In this document: piece by piece, positions 37,601 to 52,600 of the stretch
Position numbering within the stretch: the first letter of the stretch is position 1
Layout: every line of letters starts with the position of its first letter
Program-made: the position numbers and the translations under genes
Notes under the pieces: model-generated
The model's database searches: none
What the model was told of the DNA's origin: nothing
Seen by the model: the letters and a program-made list of their open reading frames with translations, nothing else
DNA from: Phallusia mammillata
Lineage: Eukaryota
NCBI GenBank assembly: GCA_965637545.1
Contig: OZ281498.1
Location: 13,144,001-13,208,000 of the forward strand
DNA length: 64,000 nt
Reading direction: 5' to 3'

Positions 37601-40600
37601 AAAATTGTGCCTGGTTTTTGAACTTCGTTTTGGCCTTTTTTTCGTCACCATAAAACGCTAAACAAACATTTAAAAAAATTGCATATCCCAATGGAGGCTG
37701 CAGTTGTTTCTGACCTGGTTTGACTTGAGAATTTGTGCTTGTTCAATGGCAATACCAGGTGTATTCACCGAATATGCATCACATTAAATTGCTACTTTGA
37801 CATACAAGCTGTTGAAAACAGGATACAACGTTTCCTTTGCACACTGTACACAAGATTGTAACCATTGAGATACGTCGGAAAACGAAACCTCACAATTTCC
37901 GTACCGGTTGGGTAACACTAGTTAAAATGACGTAGCTGATCACGTGTTGAAATATGGCGAAAAGAGATGATTCACGTTATTATGGTGGCTTGCACTGAAA
38001 GCATCGTGCGCAGAGTTCGAGCTACTAGCCTGGTGTTTTGCTCGGAACCCGGCCTGGTTTCACTTCAACTTTCAACACCAAACGTAAGCATGCGTAAAAC
38101 AAGGTCTGTGCCCTCGCAGAAAACACTTACGACTGGGACACACTGTGAGTATCTCTTAAGTAACTCTTGATGGGATTTGGTAACTGTTGGGAGAAATGGA
38201 CGAGTTGGGATTTCAGATGCTTATTGATGAGTTGCTGATCCAAAAACAGCGCACCCACGGGCATTACATCGAGAAGTTCAATTGCTTGTGTCTGACCGTT
38301 TGATATTGCACCCAAGGCAATATCGCAGCCAAGAACGGCATTGGATCACTGGATTAACATTCTCGATGTTTGAATATAACTTGGAGGCTTTGGATGCTTC
38401 TCAACTGAAATGAGATTATAATTTACCGCTAAATTTGTCTCTAAATACGACGCTGAATATACAAATTAAGAATTGATTAATATAATTCAGTTGCATTGGA
38501 TTTTTATATACGGGCAGTGTTTCATTTAAATACCAAAATATAGCCATATTTAATTTTGGGAAACCGCTGGAGAAATTTGGGGGACCCCCAAAACACCTTA
38601 AAAAAAACACTGTATAAGGGGATGGTGAGTCTGATACCAGTAATTTTAATACTTACTGATATAACTCTGCTTTACAAACTCTGCAAAGAATATTTCTTCT
38701 CATTCACATATCTGATAGCAAATTTGCAGCAGAAAACGTTTTTACAGAACCGCTTTGTTGTCGCACATGACAAGTTTTTCAGATTTCCTTTCATTTCGGC
38801 ACTTTGATATGATCGATTTCACTCTCCAGCTTATGTGGGAGACTGGCTTTTTAGGATCGGGCACCTTGCCCAGGCGCCAACATCAGCTATTCACTTTCGG
38901 TATTCCAAAAAGATTAAAGCGCATGGCAGTTGAATAAGACTCGCGCGACTTCGACAATTGTTTTGTTGATGTGTAAGAGCCCCCGGCCACAAAGGTGCGA
39001 CACTTTCTGTGTGGGAAAGCGTGGAATTCGTGTGGCCGACGCCAAATGTTGGTTCACTGTCCTACTGACATTTGTGGCGGCCGATTGAACACGGTTTACG
39101 CATGTCGATCTTGTAACTGTCCAAACAGGACATGGTGTTTGGTCTGCGTATTTGAACTACCTCCTTGGCGGACATCAGGTTTCGTTTTCCGTATCCTGCG
39201 CTATATTGTGTATTCAAACTGATAATAAACATTTTGAAAGGTTTGCAGCAAGTTTGGCAAATGTGGTGAACATTTGTACAGGGTTGCAATAATTTTAGGA
39301 AAGTCATGGCCATTTGGGAGTAGCTCCGTATTTTTTAAAAAGCTGTTCAAATACTCGCAAATACAAACTTTGCTATTTTTATTCACTTTAATTTAAACCA
39401 ACAAACATCACATTTGCGATTATAACGTATGTTGTAGGAACATACAGGTGTTTAGCCCCACTGTTGTTTGATCCATCGGTAACAACAGGCCACAAATGAC
39501 CTCAGCTGTGTTGTCGTATCTTATCTCGCTTTACCACAATACTGATCCAAATCTAAGTGTGCTGGTGGCATGTCCCGGCTGAAAATCGGGTCTGTGAAGT
39601 CGAACTCTTGCGGTGGGCATATAACGTTACAGAATAGGTTAGGCATTATAAGCTGAGCCCACACAAAAGTGTTTGCCGCCCACTGTTTAAACTTCGGTTA
39701 AACCTATTAATGTTGCAGTTTGTTTATCTGTAGGTGGTTATCTATTCGTTTTTGCTCTTGATAAATAATTCAGTGGTACCAGAATTTAAGTAGATTTTTA
39801 CGTTGTGTTCCATATTGACCATATGTTGTACTCCGCTCATGCCTCATACATTTAAAAGCATTTTGAAAAAAATACGTTCTGTGCTTTAATTCCCAAAATT
39901 GTTTTAGGCCAGAAAATAGGACTTTACATGTTTGGTCGGTTTACGATAAACTATACGGTGCCAAATTGCTCGGCTTGCATAACAATATACATCCACAAAA
40001 TGGCTGCCACCTTTTTACAAGCAGCTCGAACAACGCCAAACTTGCAGTTGCCGCAAATACTCGATTACAACTACGAGAAATGTATTGCGAAAGCCAGATG
40101 TTCGCACCGATATCCCGTTTGTCACATGAACCAATAAGACGTACAAGCACCGCGTGACGTGAGCAGATCACGTGTTTCTTGATTCCACGGCAATTATGAC
40201 CTGCAGATGACCGCTGTCTATTGATCAATCAGACTGCTCGTTGTAAAATTGTTATCGCTAGGTATTTGATGTTGGCGCTGACATTACGCGACATGCTTGG
40301 AATATTAAATTGCTTCGGTTTTGTGGTCTTACGTATCCGATGTTCTGAAATACACGCATGGAATCGTTCCTTTAAACATATTAAAGCGAACAGCAATGTT
40401 TTGGTCCCACGTGTTTGTATGACGCAATATCGATTGAAGTAGAATTCTGGGCGAACTTGAAAGGAAACCCATTTTAATGTTTATAGTACGCCAAGCCCAT
40501 TGGAGTTCACCATCAATACAATAATCTTGTAATTTTTCTATTTTTGTCATTTGAAACATTTGCTAAATATTTATCGAAGCGTAATTTAAGGAACCTTTTT

Positions 40601-43600
40601 ACGGACATGCATATCATTTGTCGATTTGTTTTTTGGCATACTTTCACAGGAGACAAGGCAGTACCTCAACAATACAAACCTTTACATTAAATATTTCTGA
40701 CTGCATACATTGTTTGAAGGAAGCCGCTTCATTGCATGAGCGTCATAGGAAGCATTTTTATCGTTTCGCACAGGCCGGTGAACCTTACCTATGTCGCACG
40801 GTTTCGCATTTTTCGTCATTCAATAGGTCATATGATTGAAATGGTTATTTTTAAATACTTGGTGTCCTCGGTCTTCCCAGCGGAATTTTTCCTGCGAATT
40901 GTGTCGTCAAGATGCCTTGTCTGTTCGAACTTTCACATTATTGAAATGTGCGGTTTTACGTCATCGGTTGGAATCGAACAGGAACTAGTGCATAGCCCCG
41001 GTCACATGGCGCAAGGGAGAATCGAAACAACCAAATATAGTTGTTCAAAGAAAACCCTCGGGTATTGAGGTTTGGAGGAAATTTAGCAAATGCTTACGAC
41101 CTAGCAATTAATGCTTACAGTAGCGACTGCGCTTGGCACTGTTTAGATTTAATGCAAGTGCAAAAGCAAATACTTCCGATTCATTTCTTTCTCCACACAA
41201 GAGAAAGACTTCGTCGAGTTCGTCGAAATTGTAACTGTGTGGTTTTGCCTTTGTTGCCAAGTAGGTCAACATACATCGATCGGAAAAGCAAAGTCATATT
41301 TAAAGATACCTACAAAAGTGTTGCGGTTTCAAAACATTGTTATTTGTTTTTGATACAGTTTAACCTAATCAGTTTGTTACGATCAACAAGCATTTTGAGT
41401 AATTTCATCATGTTGGCTATTCCAGTTTTACAAAGCGAGACATCAATGTATATGGAAATTTTTGCTTTTTTACCCAATCTCGCCTGTGAATCTTAAGGGG
41501 GGTTATCCTATTGCCGTTTGCGTTGTATGTAGTTTCTTATTTAATATCGTGCAAACCAAGTTTTTCTACTGTTCTGGACCGAACGTTGGCCTTTTCACAG
41601 GAAGGACAAATAAGAGCAGCGATTTATTTCGGTAGCAATCCGTTCGGTGCGAACCTCGTTTGTGAGTGCAAAGTTTTGCAAAGCTTGTAAGTTTAAGTCG
41701 GATTTTCGGCTCTTTTTGTTGTAACACCTGCTGAAAGTCACATCAAGCTGCCAGGAAGTCGTGTGGCCACTTTGCTGGCACCAGTCCCGCTTTGGCATAT
41801 ATGGGTACCCGGCTCTTACGCGTTTCATGTTCAATTATGTGATGTTAGGGCGAACTCGAGGCATTTCAAGTACCCCTGTAGCTTCCGATTGCATACCCGC
41901 GGTGACCTTAAGCGGTTTGCGCACGTTGTTTCCGCTGCTTAAGGAGAAAGGGGAGGTGTGCCCACTGACCAGTCCAGACGCTGCGTCTGTATTGCAAACT
42001 AACTTACCGATTGAGTTTCTTCGAACCAAGTATGTAAAACGTCCAAAATCGCTCAAATGTTCGGCCATTCATAGCGTTTCACATGATCGCAGATAAAAAA
42101 AATACCCAAAAAACAATGGTTACTTAAATATTTAGCCCTGTGCTTTGACGGTCCGATGCATACTGTTTTTTTTTTACAATACTTTACATATCAAGTTCGC
42201 GCTTTATCAGATACGCAACATATCACGACACCATAACAAGTTTTCACGAGCCTCGCTCCTTATCAGATGGTATAAAGCGCCTTGGATACCTCGTTTCGCT
42301 AAACTGAAACAATTTGTTTGTATATTTGCAGCACTCATCCGAAGTGAAGTGGGTGGATGGCGGCAAACCACTGTTCCGTGTCTATCTCTCGCTCTCATCC
42401 ACTATCTACACCGAAGATCAACACATTTGTAACTTTTTCGAAGCTTGTCAGAGATTTTCCAACAGCGGCACAGACACAGATATTGTAAAATATCTCAAGG
42501 TAACTGCGATGATTACAATGCTGAAAGACGCTTTTTGTTAAATCTTAACGTTTTTAAACTACTCGCGAGATCCTAATGTTTATCAAAAGAGATGCCGTCT
42601 TTTGTGAATACGTGGCTTTTAATTTAACTTGAAAAAATATGTCTAAAGATTGCCCATCGCTTGGCAGAACTTTTATGCTCTTGAAGTTCTTTCAGATTGT
42701 TTCAGAAAGTAAACAAAACACGATTGAAGTATTTAGTTGATAGTTATTGCATATGACAGTAACGGGTGTTGAATTTTTTTCATTAAACATGTGTTTCCAG
42801 AGTTTGCTTGCGGCCGATCACAGTGCGCTCATCCGACATCTTCCAACCATCCTCACTCAACTCTTGTATTTGTTGACTGCTGATGGGATGACGTCAGATT
42901 CCGAGTCGAATTGTATGAAAACGCTTATCCACGTGATCGCTTCGTGCCATCAGCGCGGCAAGGAAAGTTTGTTGCAGCAATATATTAAGGTGTGGCATGA
43001 GATACACTTCACTGATAAAACTGTATGTAAATTAAATTACTTCACAAAAAGCATAATATGACTTCGCAGTGTGGTACCAGGCTAAACTTGGTTTATCGAA
43101 TCCTTTTTCTTTCGTTTTTTTCTCTGACAAAAGTTTGAACAAGGTGAAAACCGTGCTTTTTTGTGCAGTACATTTTCGTTGTGCCAACATGGAAAGACTA
43201 CAAGAGCAAAACAGTTCACGAGCAGTTGACTTCAGGGATGGAAGCCATGCTGCGACCGACTGCTGCAGATTTTCTCACCACGAACAAACTTCTTCTACAT
43301 TCATCATTCTTTCTCCAGATCATAGTCAAAAGCATGGCACAGCATCTCATTTTTACTCAAAAGTACATTTGCTTTACATTTTAGCCGATAGATTCCGCGT
43401 TTTTGCTAATTTGTAAAATTCGCCCGTTTTGTTTTTAATATGAAACGATGTTTTTGTTTATTTCATAAGGCGAAGTTGTGAATCCGACTTGCTTGTGTGT
43501 TTTAGGTTGAAGATGAAGCGGAACGAACGCTTTCCCGTGTCTTTCCAGTACGCCGTGCAAAGTCTCTGTAACACAGCTGTCACCCATATTGTCAAAAAGT

Positions 43601-46600
43601 GGAAGGTATTGAGTTATACTTAATCTCATCTCGAACAATTACGTTTTGGTTGATTGAAAAGTTAATTTGAATTCACAGTTTCTAAACAAAGTTATGTTGG
43701 GTCATGCTACTTCAAAGATTGTAAGCTTAAAAGATACATTGTCAAATCCTCACACGAACACTTTGTGTTAGCCCAACAAGCTGAATCTCTGCAACATGGA
43801 CTTTTATTGCATGTTGTTCATGCTTTAGTGGATTATTTGGGGCATCAGCAACTTCTGTGTATATGTTTTTCCAGTCGAACTACGCTGATGTCCACAACGC
43901 CAATGTGAGTCTTGCGACCTTTATCAAACACTGCTTCACATACATCGACCGTGGATTTATGTTCAAACTCATCAACCAGTACATGGACAACTTTGCTCCA
44001 GGCGATTCCAAGGTTTGTAATATACACAAAAACAACGGGAAATGTGAGAGCTTATTTTTAACTGCCCACAAAATAAATCACGACCAGTTTTTGGATGTTC
44101 ACACATTGCCATACATCATTTTGTTTTCAGTTTTTAAAAGTAGTACGTATAATACTAAAATTGTAGTTTTTTTGTTTGTATTTAAGGTTTGAGTTCCACT
44201 TAAGGTTATGCAAACATGTCGTTTTTGCAACAGAAATGCATTTTCAAGACTAAAAGCAGTGGTTTGTTTTGTTCACAAACTCTCGTGAAACGCAAACACT
44301 TTACGCGTCGTTGCGCTCAATCGCTATGTCGAGATGTGTACTTGACTCCTGCTAAGGAGATCAACGGTGGTTTCAAACATTCTAAATATCGAGCGTTTTA
44401 TCTATCGCCACTTGTGATATTTTAGTACCATGGATACAATCCTTTGTTTGGTTGCGTGAGAAATGATTGTAACATGTTTGCAAATATTTAAATTACCTTA
44501 GCATTTATAAGTGTACTCCTCAAACTGTATATGCTCGCAGCACACTGACAAACTAAAATTGATTCGTTTTAGACTTGCAATCAGATAAGCCAAAAACTGT
44601 AATGTGACGGGTAAACTGCTTTTGGTAACAAATAAGTTTAAAATGTGTTTCTAGCGTTGTCATGCACAGTCGACTTTCGCCACCTAGCCCTAAACTGACT
44701 TTGCAAAATCGAATATATCTCGATACACTTTAAAATCTCATGCGACAAACATATTAAGAATCAGTGCTGGTTTTTGTTGTATTTAATGTGTATTCCGCCT
44801 TATGACATGATTTAAATACTATGTGTCAACCCTGCTTGTGTCATATTTCATGTACATCTTGCCGTTTCAGGTGTTATTCGAGTTGAAGTTCGAATTTCTT
44901 CGGATCGTTTGCTACCACGAACATTACATTCCACTAAACCTGCCATTTCCATGCAATGCGAAAAGCTCGAAAAACGGTTAGTAATTATCAGTTTTTGGCA
45001 GGAATTCAATCTAGCACAAAAATTTTGAATGCACCCGACTGTCTACTAAAGTACAACCTATCACAGACTACAGTAATACCGTAATGCACTTGGTTCCGCA
45101 TTTCACAAAAACATTGCTTTAATATATTTCAAAACCAGATATTGATTTAAAAATCAAGTTTTTAAACTTAATAAAATAATTACTAGTTTTAGTTCTTCGT
45201 TTTGAAAAAAAATCACTAGAAAACGGTACACTTGTGTGCTCCAAAATCAACGTTTGTCAATACTGGGAAAAGCAATGTCATTACTAATGGTGTTTTACAA
45301 GTATTCATGTATCAACCCAAAACATTCATCTGGTGAAATACATTTAACCTCGATACATACATATTGTGTAAAAAACTTTGCCATTTACTCGCTACATCGC
45401 CAGACGACAGTTGGTGGATCACGAAAGGGGAAAGAAAAGTAAAGATATCACGTGCTTGCAGAGGTCAGGCTGCAACCCCATGTGCATTGCTTTGATCATC
45501 ACAGTAACATGTTTTAAGCATCAACTATCATTGCCAAGCATACGCTACTGTCAGTAGGTGGCAGTAGAGCGGCGAATTCGTGCTCAAGCTGGTCCTATCT
45601 ATCACATTGTAACAGTCCATCGTACCCAGTGTTGTAAAAGGTCCACAGCTTACCTAAAATAGTTTCAAGAATCTTAGCTTCACTCATATTACTTAAACTG
45701 CAAAAAAAATTTGCAATTTGCTGTTAATACAGTTTTTAATCATATTGGTGGATAAAATTTAATTTTGAGGTGGACCTTTTACGAAAGTATTGCATACTTG
45801 AGCATACAACACTGTCATTGAAACTTGCATTAACGAAGAGCAACGCATTTCTAACGCTTTGTTGACTTATATTAATTTTCTAAAACAAAATGACATTTTA
45901 ACCAATTAAGTTGTCACAAAGCGATAGGCATGCGTTCGCTTCATGTTGATGCACGACTAAACTGCATGTCTGTACCTTCACTCCATTGGTCGAAACGTAT
46001 CACGTGCTGTGCTGTTTTTCAACCAAATAAGTATCATGCCTGTTTATGCGTAAAGGAAGCAGTGGACAAATTTCGATTTGTTCGTGTGGGTTTGCTATTT
46101 GGGTTCTGAAAAAAGACACGCTTACTGATATTTTGTTATGTTTGAGATGAAAGTTTTTTTACTATCATAACTATCCCAGATGTAAACAAGCAACATATGT
46201 AATTGTCCTAATACCTACATCAAACAAATACTACCATTTTTGATGTTTATTGTTTTGACGGGTTTCTTTTCAACAAGAAGGCTGTTTTTGATTGTTGAAT
46301 TGTGCTATGTCATTCTTTCCCTCTTAATAAGGCGTTCTCTTTACTAATGTCTGTTGTTGTTTGTGATAAATTAGAACAAAAAAGGCTTTTTTAACATAAA
46401 AAACGTTTTGATATTTTTCATGCATACCACATTGGGTCAGACACTTTACCACGAATCTGTTGCGTTTAGATTACAGCTATTGTCTGACTGACGAATATTG
46501 TCGGGTGCACTTTCTTACTGCCCTCCTTCTCAAGAGCTTGTGCTCGGCAATGTACGAATCACCTGAAGTACGAAGCATCGCCATCGAAACCTTTCGCAAC

Positions 46601-49600
46601 ATTCTTGCTAAGCATGTGTTCGATGATAGGTAAGCTATTCTATCGGCCCGATGATTTCAAAATTCTCAGTAGTAGGGGTACGACGTTACGGTTCATTGTG
46701 AAAATTATGGGTTAGAAAATATTTACATTCCTATACAATTTTGAAATCTTTCTATAAAATTTTATGCAATTTTAACTGTGCTGACGAACATCAGGTTTGG
46801 GTTGTCGGTAAACATTTCAAAATATTAGAAACGTATAAATAGCCAGCAAAACGTTCTTTCTGTTGAAAACCTCATAGCCAGGGTTACAAGCGTTTTAGTA
46901 ATAGGACATGTTAAAAAATATCTAGATTTATGTGAATAATAGCAGTAACATATACAGCGTCAGTAGAATATGTGTTATCTTCATTGTTTGCTGATTGGTT
47001 ACGGTTGTTTACTGACAAATAATTTCAGATACAAAAGTCGCGCCCAGCAGTCACGCATCGCTGCACTCTATCTTCCCTTTCTTCGCATATTGCTGGATAA
47101 TGTTGGTCGACTTAGTGTGGATTCCGATACTTCACTTAACAAGGATGGTTCACACGTAAGTTTGTGTGCTTCAATCCAAGCTGTCTTTTAAAAACTGAAT
47201 AATTCTCCCAAAGAGAAGTATAATAACTTGAAATATGTCACACAGTCGTCACGTGATGATTTGACTGAACCTAGCACACCGCTACGTGGCGCTGGAGAGA
47301 GCACACCAGCTTTGGCAAACGTCTTCACACTGCCACCTATCGGCGATAAAAGCGGTAGTTTGCGAGCAAGACTAACAGATCCCAATGTGATGAGTGCAAT
47401 TTGTGAGTATTACATGTAATGCCACTTCATGTGTACATTTCCTTGCTACGATGTAGAGTAGAAAAACATCTTTTTAGTTATTTCAGTTTTGCTGTGATTG
47501 TGAACTATGTCAGTTGCTGATAAATTGCATTGCATTATTTTGTTCTCTGCTCGTGAAATTACACGGCTTGTTTTTTCTATTTTTGATCATCGAAACGCTT
47601 CATATTTTTCTTGCAGCAAATCCCGGAAGTAGCTTGCTGTCACGTGGGTCACGTGGTTCAGTTGCGGTTAACGAAAGCTCAAACAACGTTGCTAATGGAG
47701 CCGAAAAAACACCAGTGGACAAGGTAGCTCTTAGCAGTCTTTTCAAAACGCCATTTCTGGTTATTTTTTCCTGCCACAAAAATAAATGTAACAAACTGTT
47801 ATAGTTCATTGTTTGATATATTCACGCTATGGTTTTCCAAGAGATATGAAAAGTATTTTTCGAAACAAGATGCAACGACATTACTTTTCTTAACACAACT
47901 GTTATTTACCTTTTTTCACAGACTTTCAGTACAGCAAGTGCCACTAAGTTTGTTGCCAACGAAAGATTGGACGCTACTGAGATTCGAAGTTTACTTCTGT
48001 GTTTTCTTCAAATCGTAAACCAGCTTCCAAGTGACGCTTTACACGGCTTCTGGAGAGAATCCACAACTGAAGAGCAGATCGACTTTTTCGACGTTTTAGA
48101 GTTAGTCTTTTTGTTACATCGTGTACATTCGTACAATGTTGCTATGGGTCGGGCTGAGCCGAACCAATCCAAATATGTATTTGGCGAGTTTTATTATGCA
48201 AATGCACGAAACGCATTAACATTTCCTATTTAAAGAAAAGGCTATGATCACCAATTTGTCATTGTGGCATATATGTAACGTCACTATATGCAAGCATTAT
48301 GATAACTTTCTGTAATAGCAACTGTTTGTGTGTTTTGTCAACACCTAAAACTTACAAACTAACTTTAGATTTGTTGACGCTTTGTAGTTAGCATAAAAAT
48401 ATCTAGTGAATTTTTTTGGCTACACTGAACAACATAATGCGTTTTGCAACCTTCAACCTAACTAGGACTAATACGCTTATGTATTACCGTTTATTCAAGC
48501 TTTTGTCTTACTGTTTAATGTTTTGTTACAGAATGTGTATGCATCACTTCAAGTATACTGGGAAAAAACAACAGTTCCAGGGAATCAGGTAAACTTTTCA
48601 TCATTAACAATCGCTGCCCGCGTTTTAAATTGACTTTTAGCTGTTCAGCTATGTAATCGGCAGCATATAATGTTCACCTATTTGTAGCCCTGTTATGAAC
48701 AGAAACACAAGGTAAACGAATGGCTTTGCTTGACTGGAAAGTAACTTGTTGCTTGTTTGTATGATAACTGATAAATATCATAGACCACATAAGTATGTGA
48801 TATGTGGACAATTATACTCAATAGTACGTGAAGCAAATTATATCTTTTTCCCAAAGTTTTCAAACCATACTTGACCTCACCGACAGTTCAGCGAAGAATT
48901 GAACATGCAAAAGCCCTTAACTCTTTATATATTCTCATCACATTTTTGTTACCCACGGCAATATTCAAACCATAACAAGCATTCGTCCATAAGAAACTCC
49001 ATTTTACGTCATTCATTAGTTAGCTACAGAACCACTAAAATATGTCGCTTTGTTTTTACATGCAATTGTGCGTTTTCAACTGAGCGGTTCAACGTATTTC
49101 CGCCTGTGTGTTATCTTCACTGTACGCAAGTTATGTATAATGGTAAGCTACTCGACTTGCGTGTTATCTGCTGGATTCACTGATTCTGCTGCATGTTTCT
49201 CCATTGGTCCAACTCTTGCCTGCATTAATTCAATGTAATTCTGTGGAAGGTCGAGTCTATGACCGCAATCCCCATCCCGTTAAGCAGAAAACAATCCGAC
49301 TTTCCAGTCATTGTAATTGAAATTTAGTGATCATAAAGTTTTCGGCACTAAAATGTGAAATTCGTCTGCTGTGAAATATGTTTTTGTGTTAGCTCTAGTG
49401 CATGGTTTGTACCATGTCCAGATTTTTTGGGTTTTTTAATGTCAAATATCTCCGGTAAACTGATATAATTTAAACAGGAGAAAGAACTTTTTTGATGCCC
49501 CCTATAAACAAGTGAATGTTCGTACTGGATAAATTTGTCAATCATACAATCAAATTGCCATTTTTGTTTTAAATCATGTCATAGTCATTTATTGTATGTA

Positions 49601-52600
49601 ATTCTGTCGAACAAGTTGTATTCATTTGTTTCGACAAAAGCAAACTAACAACAACTTTTTGCTACCAACCCATTTCGGTTGGACTAATTTGGATTTTTTT
49701 ACTTAAATTCCGTAAACCCAACAAATAAGTTATATTTAATTTGCTGGTTTAAGGTGATGGTGGCTGTGTATAATTTTTAACAGTAATTTGCTCTAATTTT
49801 AAACAGGTGATACTTTTTACTATCGAATCTGGTACTAATTGTTAAGAAACCTGCATTGTGTTTTCACACATTACATTATGGTATAAGCAAAATAAGATTA
49901 TACATTTGGTTTTTATTGTTTTTGCAAATAACCATACAATTCATTTTGCCAAACTATCAATTCATTTTTACTTTTACTCATATAAAACTGAATGCCAAGT
50001 AAAGCCTTGTTACCGCAGATTTGGTTCTCTTTCAAAAATTAACAACAGCAACAAGTTCAAGTCTCTTCCCGTCCGCATTCGACCATCGTCGGCACAACCC
50101 AAGCACTTCAGCATCTTGGCTGAACCGATGGTTACCCGTAAGTACATGTTTTCATCTTTTTGTAACACACCATTTTTCTAATTTTTAAACTTCTACATGA
50201 AAGGCAACAAGATGTGTTTTTCAATGCAAGGAAAATTGACCTTGCTAAAAACTGTTTTTGCCCTTAAGTTTCTGCCACAATGAAACAATATTTTGTTTTT
50301 AGTTTCTGCCGCAAATAAAACTATATTTTTTTACGGGCTTACTCTTACTGTGTTCTTTGAGTGTGATAAACTCCAGCAAAAGAATTGAAAACTTTGTTAA
50401 ACTTGCGACTCTTTCAACATTTACAATTTTGCTGTTTTTCTCTTAAATTAATTTTCTACCAAATTCAAATATTTTTTGCCGCCACAGAAGCGTCACACAT
50501 GGTCGATGATGCGGAACTAAATCAGCTCACTCTACTGGAGTCGAATCTGTCCACTGAAGTGAGCTTGGTGGTGCTCGATATGTTGGCCGAATTCATGAGG
50601 CAGTACAAAGTAAGTCACGTGTTGCAATCCGTTCTAAATAGCTTTTACGACATGTTCATTACTCAATCACGATTTTTTCGAATCGTGCTGTGAGGTTTTA
50701 CTCTTGTAACATTGACGTTTAAACTGTTTTGCTGAACTTGTGCTGTTAAGTAAAGAAAATTTTAAAAATATTTTCCATTTAAAAAAGAATGTTTGTGACA
50801 CGATTGTATGTAAACACAGCTTTATAGATAAAAGACATTTCTACTGTTGATTTCGCGAAAAACGTTTTTTTACATTTTTACCTAAGCCTAAATACTTGTG
50901 AAAAAGTCCAATGTATATATATGTGATGTTTTGCGCAGAAACAATTGCAGTCACGTGACGGCGACAGTCCGCTCATGCGAAAGGTGTTCGGCGTCATGCT
51001 GACGTTTCTTCAAATCAGCCAATCGGAGTCGGTTCTGAAACACGCGTTCGCCTCTTTTCGTTTGTTCCTTTGCAAGGTACTGAAAAAAAGATTTTCCCCA
51101 GAAAATGTAACTGTGCACTACATATTGTTGCTTAGTCATCAACTTGGCTTCCAAAATCATGAAATTTCAGTTGACTCAATCCCAGCTACAATTTATTTCC
51201 GGGTGATATGACAAGTAAAATTCAATATGTGCGTTAATGGTTTCCGATAAAGTAGAAAAAGTTTAAATGATGTCAAATTCAAACAGTTTTTATGTTCATA
51301 ATGAAGCACCGACAAACAATTTTGAAAAAAAAAACGAAAAAAAATAAGTACCGAGTTTTCTACATATATATTTTTTTTAAATATCCACCGATAGACATTG
51401 ACATTTACAGTCAAATCATATAAATGTTTGTGTGTTTTATCGCCTTTGTTGCTTTATAACAACTTTGTGTTTTCAATTTTCGTCATTACCCTGATGAAGG
51501 TGTCTCGTATGGGACATCGAAACGACGGCCTATTTTAATAAAAAAGCTAGAAGAGTTACATGTTTGTTAACATATGAAATCTTGTTGCAGTTCCCAAACG
51601 TATTGTTCCGTGGTTCTGCCGACAAATGTGCGTCCATTATTTACCACTCGTTACGATGTTGCAACTCCCGATTGGCGTCAACTCGCTCGGAAGCTTGTGC
51701 TCTGCTTTATCTCCTTATGAGAAACAACTTCGAACATGGCCCGGGTCGAAATTTCGTGCGATCCCATTTGCAGGTTAGATATGTCAAATTCAGTGAAGTT
51801 TAATTAAAACGTGATAGACACTTCCTAGTGATGATCGGTGACCAATTTTAGGGGAACAGTGGACTGATATGTTAACTGTAAATTACAACACGCAGATTTT
51901 GGGGTTTTTCGCTGGGAAATGAAAACGTTTTTAAAAAAATTATTTGAAATTATCTTAATGAGTTTTTGTATCGTTTTATACACTGATCCCTTTTTAAGAT
52001 CTGAATGGTTATTTGCAAACCTCTTTGAGCAAAAATTAAGTTTGGATAATTTGCGCAAAGTTACTTAAAAATGTTTGACTGATCAACAGAACACCATTAT
52101 TATATCTTGCGAACCTTAATATGACTATTTGCAAAGTAACCAGACATCTTTTTAAGTGAATAAAAATGCGTTCGGAGAAGAAGAACAGTACAGGACCGTA
52201 TTTGCATTTAAGCCTTAACAGTTTTAACCAAATCACAACACGTTGTTAGATCGCACAACCTCCACGTCACCGCTTCGAACCACGTGACCCAGACTCTTGT
52301 TCCCGGAAAAGCTGCGAAAAGTGACTGACACTAAATTTACTGTCAGACATTTTGCGCCCAGTCTCGGTCTTTTCCTGCGTGCTGTGAAAATTGCGTCAGC
52401 AGGCAAGAGATGAGCAATACTGCTCTGTCCAAAAAAAGAGGGCGCGTTATCCTTTTGCCCTTGCCACGTTCATTTTTCGTGGCGTGATGGCTAATTTTAA
52501 GTCACCTAGTTACATTTCTTTCCAGGTCTATTTTAGTTTAACATATTTTGCTAATGTTAGGTAGATAATTCCAAGAAATTTGAACTGCCAGTTTAATTGC

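Larger units (their letters stand above)
26391..42499 (+). other. DOCK DHR-1 (C2) domain, exons 16-20, split by the 14.1-kb intron
   Basis: [78 protein letters not shown]. Confidence 0.9.

Noticed and set aside
45551-45564. CTCF-like motif TCAGTAGGTGGCAG (similar cores near 44680 and 47330)
   Set aside because: A few AGGTGGC cores are expected by chance in 64 kb, and there is no independent support.
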